DNA of 64,000 bases from the NCBI RefSeq assembly GCF_009914755.1, contig NC_060946.1; one strand, 5' to 3'. Below are positions 12,900 to 24,210 of this stretch, piece after piece. Position 1 is the first letter of the stretch. Every line of letters starts with the position of its first letter. The position numbers and the translations under genes are program-made. Below the pieces are notes generated by a model that saw only the letters and a list, made by a program, of their open reading frames with translations, was not told the origin of the DNA and ran no database searches. The DNA is from the human T2T-CHM13v2.0 reference genome, Homo sapiens.

Positions 12900-14500
12900 G
12901 AGTGAAATGGAATAGAATTAAATGGAGAGCCATGGAACGGAATGGAGTGGAATGTAATGGAGTGGAGTGGAGTAAAATGGAGTGGAGTGGTATGGAACAG
13001 AGTGCAATGGAACGGGGAGAAATGGAAGGGAATGGAGTGCAACGGAGTGGAATGGAGTGGTGTCGAGTGTAATGGAAAGGAGTGGAGAGGAAACGAATGG
13101 AATGGAATGGAGTGGAATGGAATGGAATGGCATTGAATGGAATGGAACGGAGTGTAGTGTAGTGGAGTGCAGTGGAGTTGAGTGGAATTTAATGAACTGG
13201 AATGGAGAGCAGTGGAATTGAAAAGAGTGGATTGGAATTGAATGGAGTGGAGTTGAATGGCATAGAATGAAGTGGAATGGAATGAAGTGGGGAGAAATTG
13301 AGTGGAGTGGAGACGAATAGAATGGAACAGAAAGTAATGGAATGTAATGGAGTGGAATGGAATCGAATGGAATGGAGTTTAATGGAAAGGAGTTGGGTGG
13401 AATAAAATGGAGTGGAGTGGAAGGGCATGGAATGGAGTGGAATGCAATGGATTGCAGTGGAGTGTAGCGGAATGGAATGGAAGGGATTGAATTGGAATAG
13501 AAAGGACAGGAATTGAAATGAATGGAATGAAATATAATGAAACGGAATGGAGTGGATTGGAGTGGAGTGGAATGGAATGGAGTGTAATGGAATGGAATGG
13601 AATGGAATGGAGTGGAGTAGAATGGAGTAGAGTGGACTGGAGTGGAGTGGAGTGGAGTGGAGTGGAATGGATAGCATTGGAATGGAGAGCAGTGGACTGG
13701 AATGGAGTCGAGTGGAATGGTATGGAATGGTGCGTAGTGGAATGGAATGGAGTAGAGTGGAATGGAATGGAGTGAAATCAATGGAATGGAATGGAATAGA
13801 ATGTAGTGCAGTGGGGTTCAGTAAAGTGGAATGGAGTGGAGTTGAGTGGAGAGGAATGGAGTGGAATAGAGAACAGTGGAATGCTAGAGAGTGAAGAGGA
13901 ATGGAATGGAGTGGAATGGAATGGAATCGAATGAAGTGGAGTGTAATGCACTGGAGTGGAATGGAGTGGAGTGGAGTGGAATGGAATGGCATGAAACGAA
14001 ATGGAATGGAATGGAGTCCCACGGAATGAAATGGAGTGGAATGTAATGGAAAGAAGTGGAATAAAATGGAGTGGAGTGGAATGGAAAAGAGTGCAATGGA
14101 ATGGGGTGCAATGGAATGGAATATAGTGCAATGGAGTGGAATGGAGTGGAGTGGAATAGAATGGAGTGTAGTGGATACGAATGGAATGCAATGGAGTGGA
14201 ATGGAATGGAATGGAATGGAATGGAGTGAAGGGTAGTGGAGTGCAGTGGATTAGAGTGGAATTTAAAGAAGTGGAATGGAGATTAGTGGAATTGAATGGA
14301 GTGGAGAGGAATGGAATGGAGTGGAATGGAATGGCATGGAATGAAGTGGAATGGAATGGAGTGGAATGAAATGATGTGGAGTGGAGTCAAATAGAATGGA
14401 ACAGAAAGGAATGGAATGTAATGGAGTGGAATGGAATGGATTGGAATGGAGTGGAGCGGAATGGAGTGGGGTGGAATAAAACCGAGTGAAGTGGAATCGA
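12900..14500 (+). repeat. Diverged duplication with ~1.08-kb period
   Basis: gagagccatggaacggaatggagtggaatgtaatgg (~12925) matches gagtcccacggaatgaaatggagtggaatgtaatgg (~14014). aatagaatggaacagaaag occurs at 13316 and 14390. Offsets are 1074-1089. Confidence 0.75.
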
Positions 14501-15999
14501 ATGGAATAGATGGGAAAGCAATGAAGTGGAGATGGAGTGGAAAGGATTGGAGAGGAATGGAGTGGAATGGAATGCAATGGAGCAAAAGAAGTGAAAGTAA
14601 GTGGAGTTTATTGGAATGGAATGGAGTGGAATGGAATGGAATTGAGTGGAGTGTAATAGATTGGAGTGGAGTGGAAAGGAATGGAGAAGAATGGAATGGA
14701 ATTGATTGGGGTAGAATAGAGTGGACACAATTGGATGGGAGTGCAGTGGAGTGGAATGATATGGAATGGAGGAGAATGGAATGGAGTGAATAGGAGTGGA
14801 AAAGATTGTAGTGGATTGCAGTGGAATTGTGTGGAATGGAATGGAGTGGAATTTAATGGAGTTGAGTGAAATGGAGCAGAGTTGAATGGAATAGAAAGCA
14901 ACGGAATGCAATGGTATGGAGAGGAATGAAATGGAATGGAACGGATAGGAATGGAATTTAATGGAGTGGAATAGAGTGGAGTGGATTTGAATGGAATGGA
15001 ATGCAATGGAATGGAATGGAGTGGAGTGGTTTGCAGTGGGGTGGAATGGAGTGGAGTTGAATGGACTGGAGTGGACTGGAAAGAGGAGTGGAATGGAATG
15101 GAGTGTAGTGGAATGCAATGAAATGGAGTGGAATGGAATGGAGTGGGGTGGAATGGAATGGAGTGGAGTGGATTGGAGTGGAGGGGAATGAAGTGGAGTG
15201 GAATAGAGTGGAGTGGAATGGAATGGAATTGATTGGAATGGAATGGAATGGAATAGAATGGAGCCAAAAGGAATGGAATGGAGTGGAGTGGAGTGGAATG
15301 GAGTGGACTGCGATTGAATGGAGCGGAATATAATAGATTGGAATGGATTGTAATGAAAAGGAGTGGAGTGAAGTGGAATGGAAAGGAATGGAGTGGAATT
15401 GAATGGAATGGAATTGAGTGAAGTTGAATGGAGTGGAGTGGAATGGATTGGAGTGGAATGGAATGCAATGGAATCTAATGGAATGGAATGGAATGCAGTG
15501 GAATGGAATAGAATGGAATGATATGGAGTGGATTGAAATGGAATGGACTGGAATGGAATGGAATGGAATAGAATATAGAGGAAAGGAATGGACTGAAGTG
15601 GAATGGAATGGAGTGGATTGGATTGGAATGGAGTGGATTAGAGTCAATGGAGTGGAGTGGAGTGGAGAGGAGTTGAGTGATATGGAAAGGAGTGGAGTGC
15701 AATAAAGTGGAGTGGAGAGCAATGGAGTGGAGGGAAATGGAATGGAGTGGAGTGGAGTAGAATGGACTGGATTGGAGTTGAATAGAATGGAAAGGAGTGG
15801 AAAGGAGTGGAGTAGACTGGAATGGAGTGGAGTGGAGTGGATTGGAATGTAATGGAGAGGAGTGGAGTGGAGAGGAATGACGTGGAATGGAATGGAGCGG
15901 AAGGGAATTCTAAGGAATGGATTGGAATGGAATGGAATGGAGTGGAATGGAACTGAATGGAATGGAGTGGACTGGAATAAAAAGGAGTGGAATGGATTG

Positions 16000-17600
16000 G
16001 AATGCAATGGAGTGGAGTGGAGAGGAATGGAATGGAGTTGAATGGAGCGTAGTGTACTGGAGCGGACTGGAGTAGAATGGAATGGAGTGTAGGGGAGTGG
16101 AATGGTGTGGAGTGGAATTGAAAGGAAGAGAGTGGAGTATAGAGGAGTCAATTGGAATGGAGTGGACTGGTGTGGAGTAGAATGGCGTGGAATTAAACTG
16201 AGTGGAGTGGAGTGAATTCGAATGGAGTGTAATGGAGTGGAAAGGAGTGGATTGGAATGGAATGGAGTGGAGTGGAAAGGAGTAGACAGGAATGAAATGG
16301 AATGGAATTCAGTGGAGTGGAATGGAGTGGAGTGGAATGGAATGGAGTGGAATGGAATGGAGTGGAATGGAATGGACTGGAGTGGAGTGGAATGCAGTGA
16401 AGTGCAATGTAGTGTAGTGGAGTAGTATGTTGTGGAGTGGAAGGGAGTGCTGTGAAATGAAATAGAGTGGAGTTGTGTGGAGTGGAATGGAATGGAATGG
16501 AATGGAGTGGAGTTGAATGCAGTAGAGTGGAATGGAGTCTACTGGAGTAGCATGATGTGGAGTGGAATGGAGTGGTGTGAAATGGAATGGATTGGAGTGG
16601 AGTGGAGTGGAGTGGTGTGGGGTGGAATGGAATGGACTGTACTGGAATGGAACTCAATGGAATGGAATAGAGTGGATTAGAATGGAATTGAATGTAGTGG
16701 AGTGGAATGGAAAGGAATGGAGTGGAATGAAATGGAGTGGAGAGGAATGGAATGGAATGGACAGGAATAGAATGGAGTGGAATAGAATTGAATGGAATGG
16801 AGTGAACTGGAATGAAATGGAGTGGAATGGATTGGAATGCAATGGAGTGGAGTGGAGAGGAATGGAGTGGAATGGAGCGTAGTGTAGTGGAGCGGATTGG
16901 AGTGGAATGGAATGGAGTAGAGGGGAGTGGAATGGTGTGGAGTGGAATGGCATGGAATGGAATGGAATAAAGAGGAGTGAATTGGAATGGAGTGGACTTG
17001 TGGAGTAGAATGGCGTGGAATTAAACGGAGTGGGGTGAATTCGAATGGAGTGTAATGGAGTGGAAAGGAGTGGATTGGAATAGAGTATACTGGAATGCAA
17101 TGGAATGGAATGCAGTGGAGTGGAATTCAGTGGAGTCGAATGGAGTGGAATGGAATAGAATGTAGTGGAATGGAATGGACTGGAGTGGAGTAGAATGCAG
17201 TGAAGTGTAATGTAGTGTAGTGGAGTAGAATGTAGTGGAGTGAAATGGAGTGCGGTGAAATGGAATAGAGTGGAGTTGTGTGGAGTGGAATGGAATGGAA
17301 TGGAAAGGAGTGGAATGGAATGGAATGGAATGGAGTGGAGTTGAATGAAGTGGAGTGGAACGGAGTCTATTGGAGTAGCATGAAGTGGAGTGGAATGGAG
17401 TGGTGTGAAATGGAATGGAGTGGAGTGGAGTGGTGTTGAGTGCAATGGAATGGAATGGATTGGAATGGAATTTAATGGAATGGAATGGAGTGGATTGGAA
17501 TGGAATGGAATGTAGTGGAGTGGAAAGGAAGAGAGTGGAGTGGAATAGAATACAATGGAGTGGAGTCGAGTGAAGAGGAATGGAATGGAATGGAGTGGAG
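16000..17600 (+). repeat. ~830-bp tandem duplication
   Basis: aatggagcgtagtgta 16041/16871; agaggagt(c/g)aattggaatggagtggact 16141/16971, followed in both copies by gtagaatggcgtggaattaaac and gtgaattcgaatggagtgtaatgg; ggagtcta(c/t)tggagtagcatga 16534/17362; tggtgtgaaatgg 16573/17401. Confidence 0.9.
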
Positions 17601-17649
17601 TGGATTGGAATGTAATGCAGTGGAATGGAATGGAATGGAGTGGAATGGA

Positions 17650-18060
17650 ATGGAATGAATCGAGTGGAGTGGAATGGATTGTAGTGGAGTAGAATGTAGT
17701 GGAGTGGAATGGAGTGGTGTGGAATGGAGTGGAATGGAATGGAACGGACTGGATTCGAATATAATGGAATGCAGTGGAGTGGAATGGAATGTAGTGGAGT
17801 TGAGTGAAGTGGAATGGAATGGAATGGAGTGGAGTGGAGTGGAATGTCATGCAGTGGAATGGAATGGAATGGAGTGGAATGGAATGGAATGAATGGAGTG
17901 GAGTGGAATGTAGTGGCGTAGAATGGATTGTAGTGGAGTAGAATGTAGTGGAGTGGAATGGAGTGGTGAGAAATGGAATGGAGTGGTGTGGAATGGAATG
18001 GAATGGAATGGAACGGAACGGACTGGATTCGAATGTAATGGAATGTAGTGGAGTGGAAGG
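17650..18060 (+). repeat. ~250-275-bp tandem duplication
   Basis: ggattgtagtggagtagaatgtagtggagtggaatggagtggtg at 17676/17925; ggaacggactggattcgaat at 17741/18015. Confidence 0.85.
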
Positions 18061-19655
18061 GAATGGAATGGAATGGAGTGGTGTTGAATGGATTGGAGTT
18101 TAGTGGAGTGGAATGGAGTGGAATGGAATGGAGTGGATTGAACTAAATTGGAATGGAGTGGAATGCAATGGAGTGGAGTGGAGTGTAATGGAATGGAGTG
18201 GAGTGGAGTGGAGTGGATTGGAATGCAATGGAATGGAATGGAATGCAGATGAATGGAATGGAATGGAAGAGAGTGGAATAAAATGGAGTGGAATGGAATG
18301 GATTGGAGAGGAATAAAAAGGAGTGGATTGGAATGGAATGGAGTGGAATGGAAAGGAGTAGAGTGGATTGGAGTGGAATGGAAAAGAGTGGAATTGAATG
18401 GAGTGGAATGGAATTGAATGGAATAGAATGGTATGAAATGAAACGCAGTAGAGTGGAGTGGATTGGAAATGAAGGGAATGGAATGGAGTGGATTGGAGTG
18501 GCGTGGAATGGAGAGGAATGCAGTGAAATGGAGTGGAATGGAATGCATAGGAATGGAATGGCAAGGAATTGAATGGAACGGAAAGTAGTGGAATGGAATG
18601 GAATTGAGTGGCGTGGGAATGAATGGAATGGAGTGGAGTGGAATGGATAGGAGTGGAAAGGAATGAAGTGGAATGGAATGGAATGGAATGGATTGCAATG
18701 GAGTGGAATGGAACGGAGTTGAGTGGAATATAGTGGAGTGGAATGTAGTGGGTTGGCATGGAATGGAATGGAATGGATAGGAGTGGATTGGAATGGAGTG
18801 TACTGGATTGGAGTGGAGTGGAATGGAATGGAATGGAATGGAATGGAATGGAAAGGAATGCAATGCAATGGATTGGAATGGATTTGAGAGTGGTGGAGAA
18901 GAGAGGTGTGGAGTGGAATGGAGGGTAATGGAATGGAATGGAGTGTAATGGAGTGGAGCAGTGTGGAATGCAATGGAGTGGATTCGAATGGATAGAAGTG
19001 GAGTGGAAGGGAATGGACTCTAAGGAATGGAATGGAGTGGAGTGAAATGTAAAGGTGTGGAGTGGAATGGAGTGGAGTGCAGTGGAATGGAGTGGAGTAA
19101 AATTTAGTGGGAAGGAATGGAGTGGACTGGAATGCAGTGGAGTGGAATGGAAAGCACTGGCATGGAAGGGAATGGAATGGAGTGGAGTGGAATAGAATGG
19201 AGTGGATTGGACTGCATTGGAGAGAAGTGGAGCGGAAAGCAATGGTGCAGAGTGGATTGGAATGGAGGGCAGTGGAATGGAATGTAGTGGAGTGGACTGG
19301 AAATGAGTGCAGAGGTATTCAATTGAATTGAATGAAACTGATTGGAATGTAATGGAATGGAATGTAGAGAAGTGGAATAGAGTGGAGTGGAGTGCAGTGG
19401 AATGTAGTGGAGTGGAATGGAATCGAGGTGAGTGGAATGGAATGGAATGGATTGGATTAGACTGATGTGGAAGGGAAGGGAATGGCGTGGAGTGGATTGG
19501 AGTGTAGTTGAGTAGAGTGGAGTGAAATGGAGTAGATTGGAATGGAATCGAGCGGATTGGCATGGAATGGAGTGGAGTGGAGTAGAGTGCTGTGAAATGG
19601 GATGGAATAGAGTGGACTGGAGTAGAGTGGTGTGCAATGCAATGGAATGGAGTGC

Positions 19656-19825
19656 AGTGGAATAGAATAGAGGTGAATGCAATGAAATGGAATGCAGTGT
19701 AGTGGAATGGAATGGTGTAGAGTGGAATGGAGTGGAGTGGAGTGGAATAGAATAGAGGTGATAGCAATGAAATGGAATGCAGTGCAGTGGAATGGAATGG
19801 TGTAGAGTGTAATGGAGTGGAGTGG
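19656..19825 (+). repeat. 85-bp tandem duplication
   Basis: aatagaatagaggtga..gcaatgaaatggaatgcagtg.agtggaatggaatggtgtagagtg at 19661 and 19746. Confidence 0.9.
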
Positions 19826-20879
19826 ATTGGAGTGGTACGGAATGGAGTGGAGTGGAATGGAGGGGAGTGTAGTTGAATGGAGTGGTGTGTGATTTTTTAA
19901 AGTGGAGTGGAGTGGAGGTGAATAGAGTGGAGTGGAGTGGAATGGAATGGAGTGGATTGGATTGAAATGGAATGGAGTGAGGGGGAGTAGAGTGGAGTGG
20001 AATAGACTAGAGGGGAGTGGGGTGGAATGGAATGGAGAGGAGTGGAAATGAATGAAGGGAATGGAATGCAATATAATGAAAAGGAGTATAATGGAGTGGA
20101 GTGGAATTGAGTGGGGTGGATTGGAAAGGAAGTAGTGGAATGGAACAGAATGTAGCAGAATGGAACAGAATATAGTGGAATGGAATGGAATGGATTAGAG
20201 GGGAGTATATAGAAGTGGAGTTTAGTGGAGTGGAGTGGAATGGAAGTGAGAATAATGGAGAGCAGTGGAATAGAATGTAGAGAAATGGAATAGGATGGAG
20301 TGGAATGGAATAAAATGGAATGGAATGGAATGGAGGGAATAGAATGGAGTAGAATGGAGTGAATGGAATGGAGTGGAGTGTGATAAAATGGAGTGGAGTG
20401 GAATGGAATGTAGTGGAGAGGACTAGAGTGGAGGGGAGTGGACTTTAATGGATTGGAGTGGAATTGAATGGAATAGATTGTAACAGACTGGACTCGCGTT
20501 GAATGGATTGGAGTGGACGGGAGTTGAGTGGAATGGGAAGAAATGGAGTGGATTGGAATCGTATGAAATGGAGTGGAGTGGAATGTAATGGAATGCAATG
20601 GAATGGAATGGAAGGGAATGGAATGCAATGGAATGGAGTGGAATGGAGAGGAATGGAGAGGAATGAAATGGAGTAGATTTGAATGGAAGGGAATGGAGTG
20701 CAGTGGAATGGAGTGCAATGGATTGGAATGGAGTGGAGTGGAGTGGAATGGAGTGGAGTGGAGTGGAATGGAGTGGAGTGGAGTGGAATGGAGTAGTATG
20801 GAATGGAATGGAAAGGAACGGAATGGAATGGAAAAGAACGAAATGGAGTGCAATGGAATGGAATGTAATGGAGTGGAGT

Positions 20880-22180
20880 GGAACGGAGTGGAATGGAGTG
20901 AAGTGGAATGGAGTTTAGTGGAGTGGAATGGAGAGGTTGGTAATCAAAAGGAGTGTAATCGAATGGAATGCAGTAGAGTGGAATGGAGTGGAGTGGAATA
21001 GAGTAGAGTGGAAAGGAACGGAGTGGTGTGGAATGGAGTGGAATGCAAAGGAGTTCAGAGGAAAGGAGTGGAATGGAATGGAGAGTGTGACATGGAGTGG
21101 AGTAGAATGTAGTGGAGTGGAGAGGAATGGATGGGAGTGTAATGGAGTTTAGTGGAGTGGAATGGGTTGGAGTGGAATAGAGTGGAATGCAAAGGAAAGG
21201 AGTGCATTGGAGTGAAATGGAATGAAGGGGAATGGAGTGGAAAGGAGTGGAGTGGAAAGGAATGGAGTGGTGTGGGATGGAAAGGAGTGGAATGGAGTGT
21301 AGTGGAGAGGAGTGGAATGAAATGGAAGGGAGTGGAATAGAGTGGATTGGAGTGTATTGGAGAGGAATGGAATGTAGTGGAGTGGAAAGGAGTTGAGTGG
21401 AAAGGAGTGGAATGGAATGCAGTGGAGTGGAATGGAATGCAATGGAGTGGAATGGAATGGAATGGAGTGGAGTGGAATGGAATTGAATGGAGTGGAATGG
21501 AGTGAAGTGGAATGAAGTTTAGTGGAGCAGAATGCAGAGGTTGGTAATCAAATGGAGTGTAATGGAATGGAATGGAGTGGAGTGGAATGGAGTGGAATGG
21601 AGTGGAGTGGAGAGTAATGGAGTGGTATGGAATGGAGTGGAGTGGAGAGGAAAGGAGTGGTGTGAAATGGAGTGGAGTGGAATGGAGTGTATTCGAATGG
21701 AGTGGAATGGACTGGGGTTTTGTGGACAGGAGAGGAATGGAATGGACTGGAATGGCATGGAATGGAGAGTGTGGAATATAGTGGAGTGGAATGTAGTGGA
21801 GTGGAGAGGAATGGATGGCATTGTAATGGAGTTTAGTGGAGTGGAATGGAGTGGAGTGGAATGGAGTGGAGTGGAGAGGAATGGATGGCATTGAAATGGA
21901 GTTTAGTGGAGTGGAATGGAGTGGAGTGGAATGGAGTGGAATGGAATGGAGTGGAGTGGAGTGGAGTGAAATGGAATGAAGGGGATTGGAGTGGGAAGGA
22001 GTCGAGTGGAATGGAATGGAGTGGTTTGGGATGGAATGGAGTGGAAGGGAGTGTAGTGGAGAGGAGTGGAATGAAATGGACTGGAGTGGAATAGAGTGGA
22101 TTGGAGTGTGTTGAAGAAGAATGGAACGTACTGGAGTGGAAAGGAGTGGAATGGAATGCAGTGGAGTGGAATAGAGTGAA
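20880..22180 (+). repeat. ~600-750-bp tandem duplication with a nested 70-bp duplication in copy 2
   Basis: gaggttggtaatcaaa 20933/21537 (offset 604); agaggaatggatgg 21121/21805, repeated again at 21875; agtgaaatggaatgaagggga 21211/21965 (offset 754). Confidence 0.88.
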
Positions 22181-23080
22181 CTGGAGTGTTTTGGAGAAAA
22201 ATCGAATGCAGTAGAGTGGAGTGGAGTGGAATGAAAAGGAGTGGAATGGAATGGAGAGGAATGGAATGGAATCGAATGGAGTGGAATGGAATTCTGTGCA
22301 GTGGAATGGAATGGAATGAGGTGGAATGCAGTGGAGTGGAGTGGAGTTTAATGAAGTGGAGTGAGTGCAGTGGAGTGGAGTGGAATGGAGTGGAATGGAA
22401 TGGAGTGGAGTGATGTGGAATGGATTTGAGTGGAATGTAATTGAAAGGAATGGAGTGGAATGGAATCTAAAGGAATGGAGTGGAATGGAATGCAGTGGAA
22501 TGGAAAGGAATAGATTTGGGTGGAATTAAAAGGAGAGGAGTGGAATGGAGTGGAGTGGAAAGGAGTGGAGTGGAGTGAAATGGATTGGAGTGGAATGGAG
22601 AGAAGTGGAGTGTAATAAAATAGATTGGAGTGTATTGGAATGGAATGCATTGGAATGGAATGCTGTGACCTGCAATGGAATGGAATGGAGTGGAGTGGAA
22701 TGCAGAGGAGTGGTGTAGATTGGGGTGGAATGGAATGGAGTGAAAGGCATGGAATGGAATGGAGTGGAATGGAATGGAATTGAATGAAGTGGATTGGAAT
22801 GGAGTGGAGAGGAATTGAGTGCAGTTTAGTGGAATGGAGTGGAATGGAGTGGAGTAGAATTGAGTGGAGTTTAGTGGAATGGAATGCAATGGAGTGGAAT
22901 GGAACGAAATGGAGTGGAATGGAATGGAGTGTAGTTGAATAAAGTGGATTGAAGTGGAATGGAAAGGAATGGATTGGAGTGGATTGGAGTGGAATGGAAT
23001 GGAATCGAATAGAATGGAAGGGAATGGAGAGTAATGGAAATGAATGGAATGGAGTGGAATGGAATGGAATGGAATGGAAT

Positions 23081-23350
23081 GGAGTGGAGTGCTGTGCAAT
23101 GGATTGGAATGCAAGGAATTCTAATGGAATGGAATGGAATGGATTGGAATGCAATGGAAAGGAATGTAGTGTAGTGGAGTGCTGTGCAATGGATTGGAAA
23201 GGAAAGGATTGGAATGGAATGGAATGGAATGGAATGGAGTGCAATGCAATGGAATGGAATGGAGTGGAGTGGAGTGGAGTGCTGTGCAATGGAATGGAAT
23301 GGAAAGGATTGGAATGGAATGGAATGGAATGCAATGCAATGCAATGGAAA
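23081..23350 (+). repeat. Three-copy 90-100-bp tandem repeat
   Basis: The rare landmark ggagtgctgtgcaatgga recurs, with gctgtgcaat at 23091, 23181 and 23281. Confidence 0.85.
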
Positions 23351-23577
23351 GTAGTGGAATGGAGTGGAGTGGAACGGAGTGTAGTGGAGTGTAATGGAGT
23401 GGTAGGGAATGGAGTGGAGTGCAATGGATTGGATTGGAGTGGAAAGGATAGGAGTGGAGCGGAATGGAGTGATGTGTAATTGAATGGAGATGAGTAGAGT
23501 GGAGTGGAGAATAGAGTAGAGTTGTGGGGAATAGAATGGAATGGAATGGAATGGCATGGAGTGGAGTGTAGTGGAGT

Positions 23578-23677
23578 GGAATGGAGTGGAGTGGAAGAAA
23601 GTGATATGGAATGAAGTGGTGTGGAATGGAGTGGAGTGGAAGAAAGTGATATGGAATGAAGTGGTATGGAATGGAGT
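23578..23677 (+). repeat. 45-bp tandem duplication
   Basis: ggaatggagtggagtggaagaaagtgatatggaatgaagtggt(g/a)t x2; gaagaaagtgat at 23594/23639. Confidence 0.9.
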
Positions 23678-24130
23678 CGTGTGGAGTGAAAGGTAGTGGC
23701 GTGGTGTGGAGAAAAATGGAATGGAGTGGAGTAGAGTAGAATGGAGTAGAGTGGACTGGAATGGAATGGAGTGGAGCAGAGAGGAATGGAATAGAAAGGA
23801 GTGGAATTGAATGCAATGGATAAGAGTGTAGTGGAATGCAATGGAGAGGAATGAAATGGAATGGAGTGGAATGGAGTGGAATGGAATGGAATGTATTGGA
23901 GTGGAGTGAGATGGAGTGGAGAGGAGTGGAATGAAGCGGAAGGGAATTGAGTGGAATGGAATGGAATGGAATAGAGCAGAATGGAATGGAATGGAGTGGA
24001 ATGGAATGAAATGGAGTGGAATAGAATGTAGTGGAGTTTAATAAATTGAGGTGCAGTGGAATGCAACAGAATGGAGTGAAAAGGAACGGAATGAAGTGGA
24101 ATGGAATGGAATGGAATGGAATGGAATGGA

Positions 24131-24210
24131 ATGGAATGAAATGGAATGAAATGGAAGGGATTGGAATGGAATGGAATGAAATGGAATGAAATGGAAGGGA
24201 TTGGAATGGA
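24131..24210 (+). repeat. Exact 40-bp tandem duplication
   Basis: atggaatgaaatggaatgaaatggaagggattggaatgga at 24131 and 24171. Confidence 0.9.

Noticed and set aside
23081-23680. Short direct repeats resembling a CRISPR array
   Set aside because: The units are adjacent tandem copies built from the same pentamers. There are no unique spacers, no leader and no cas genes.
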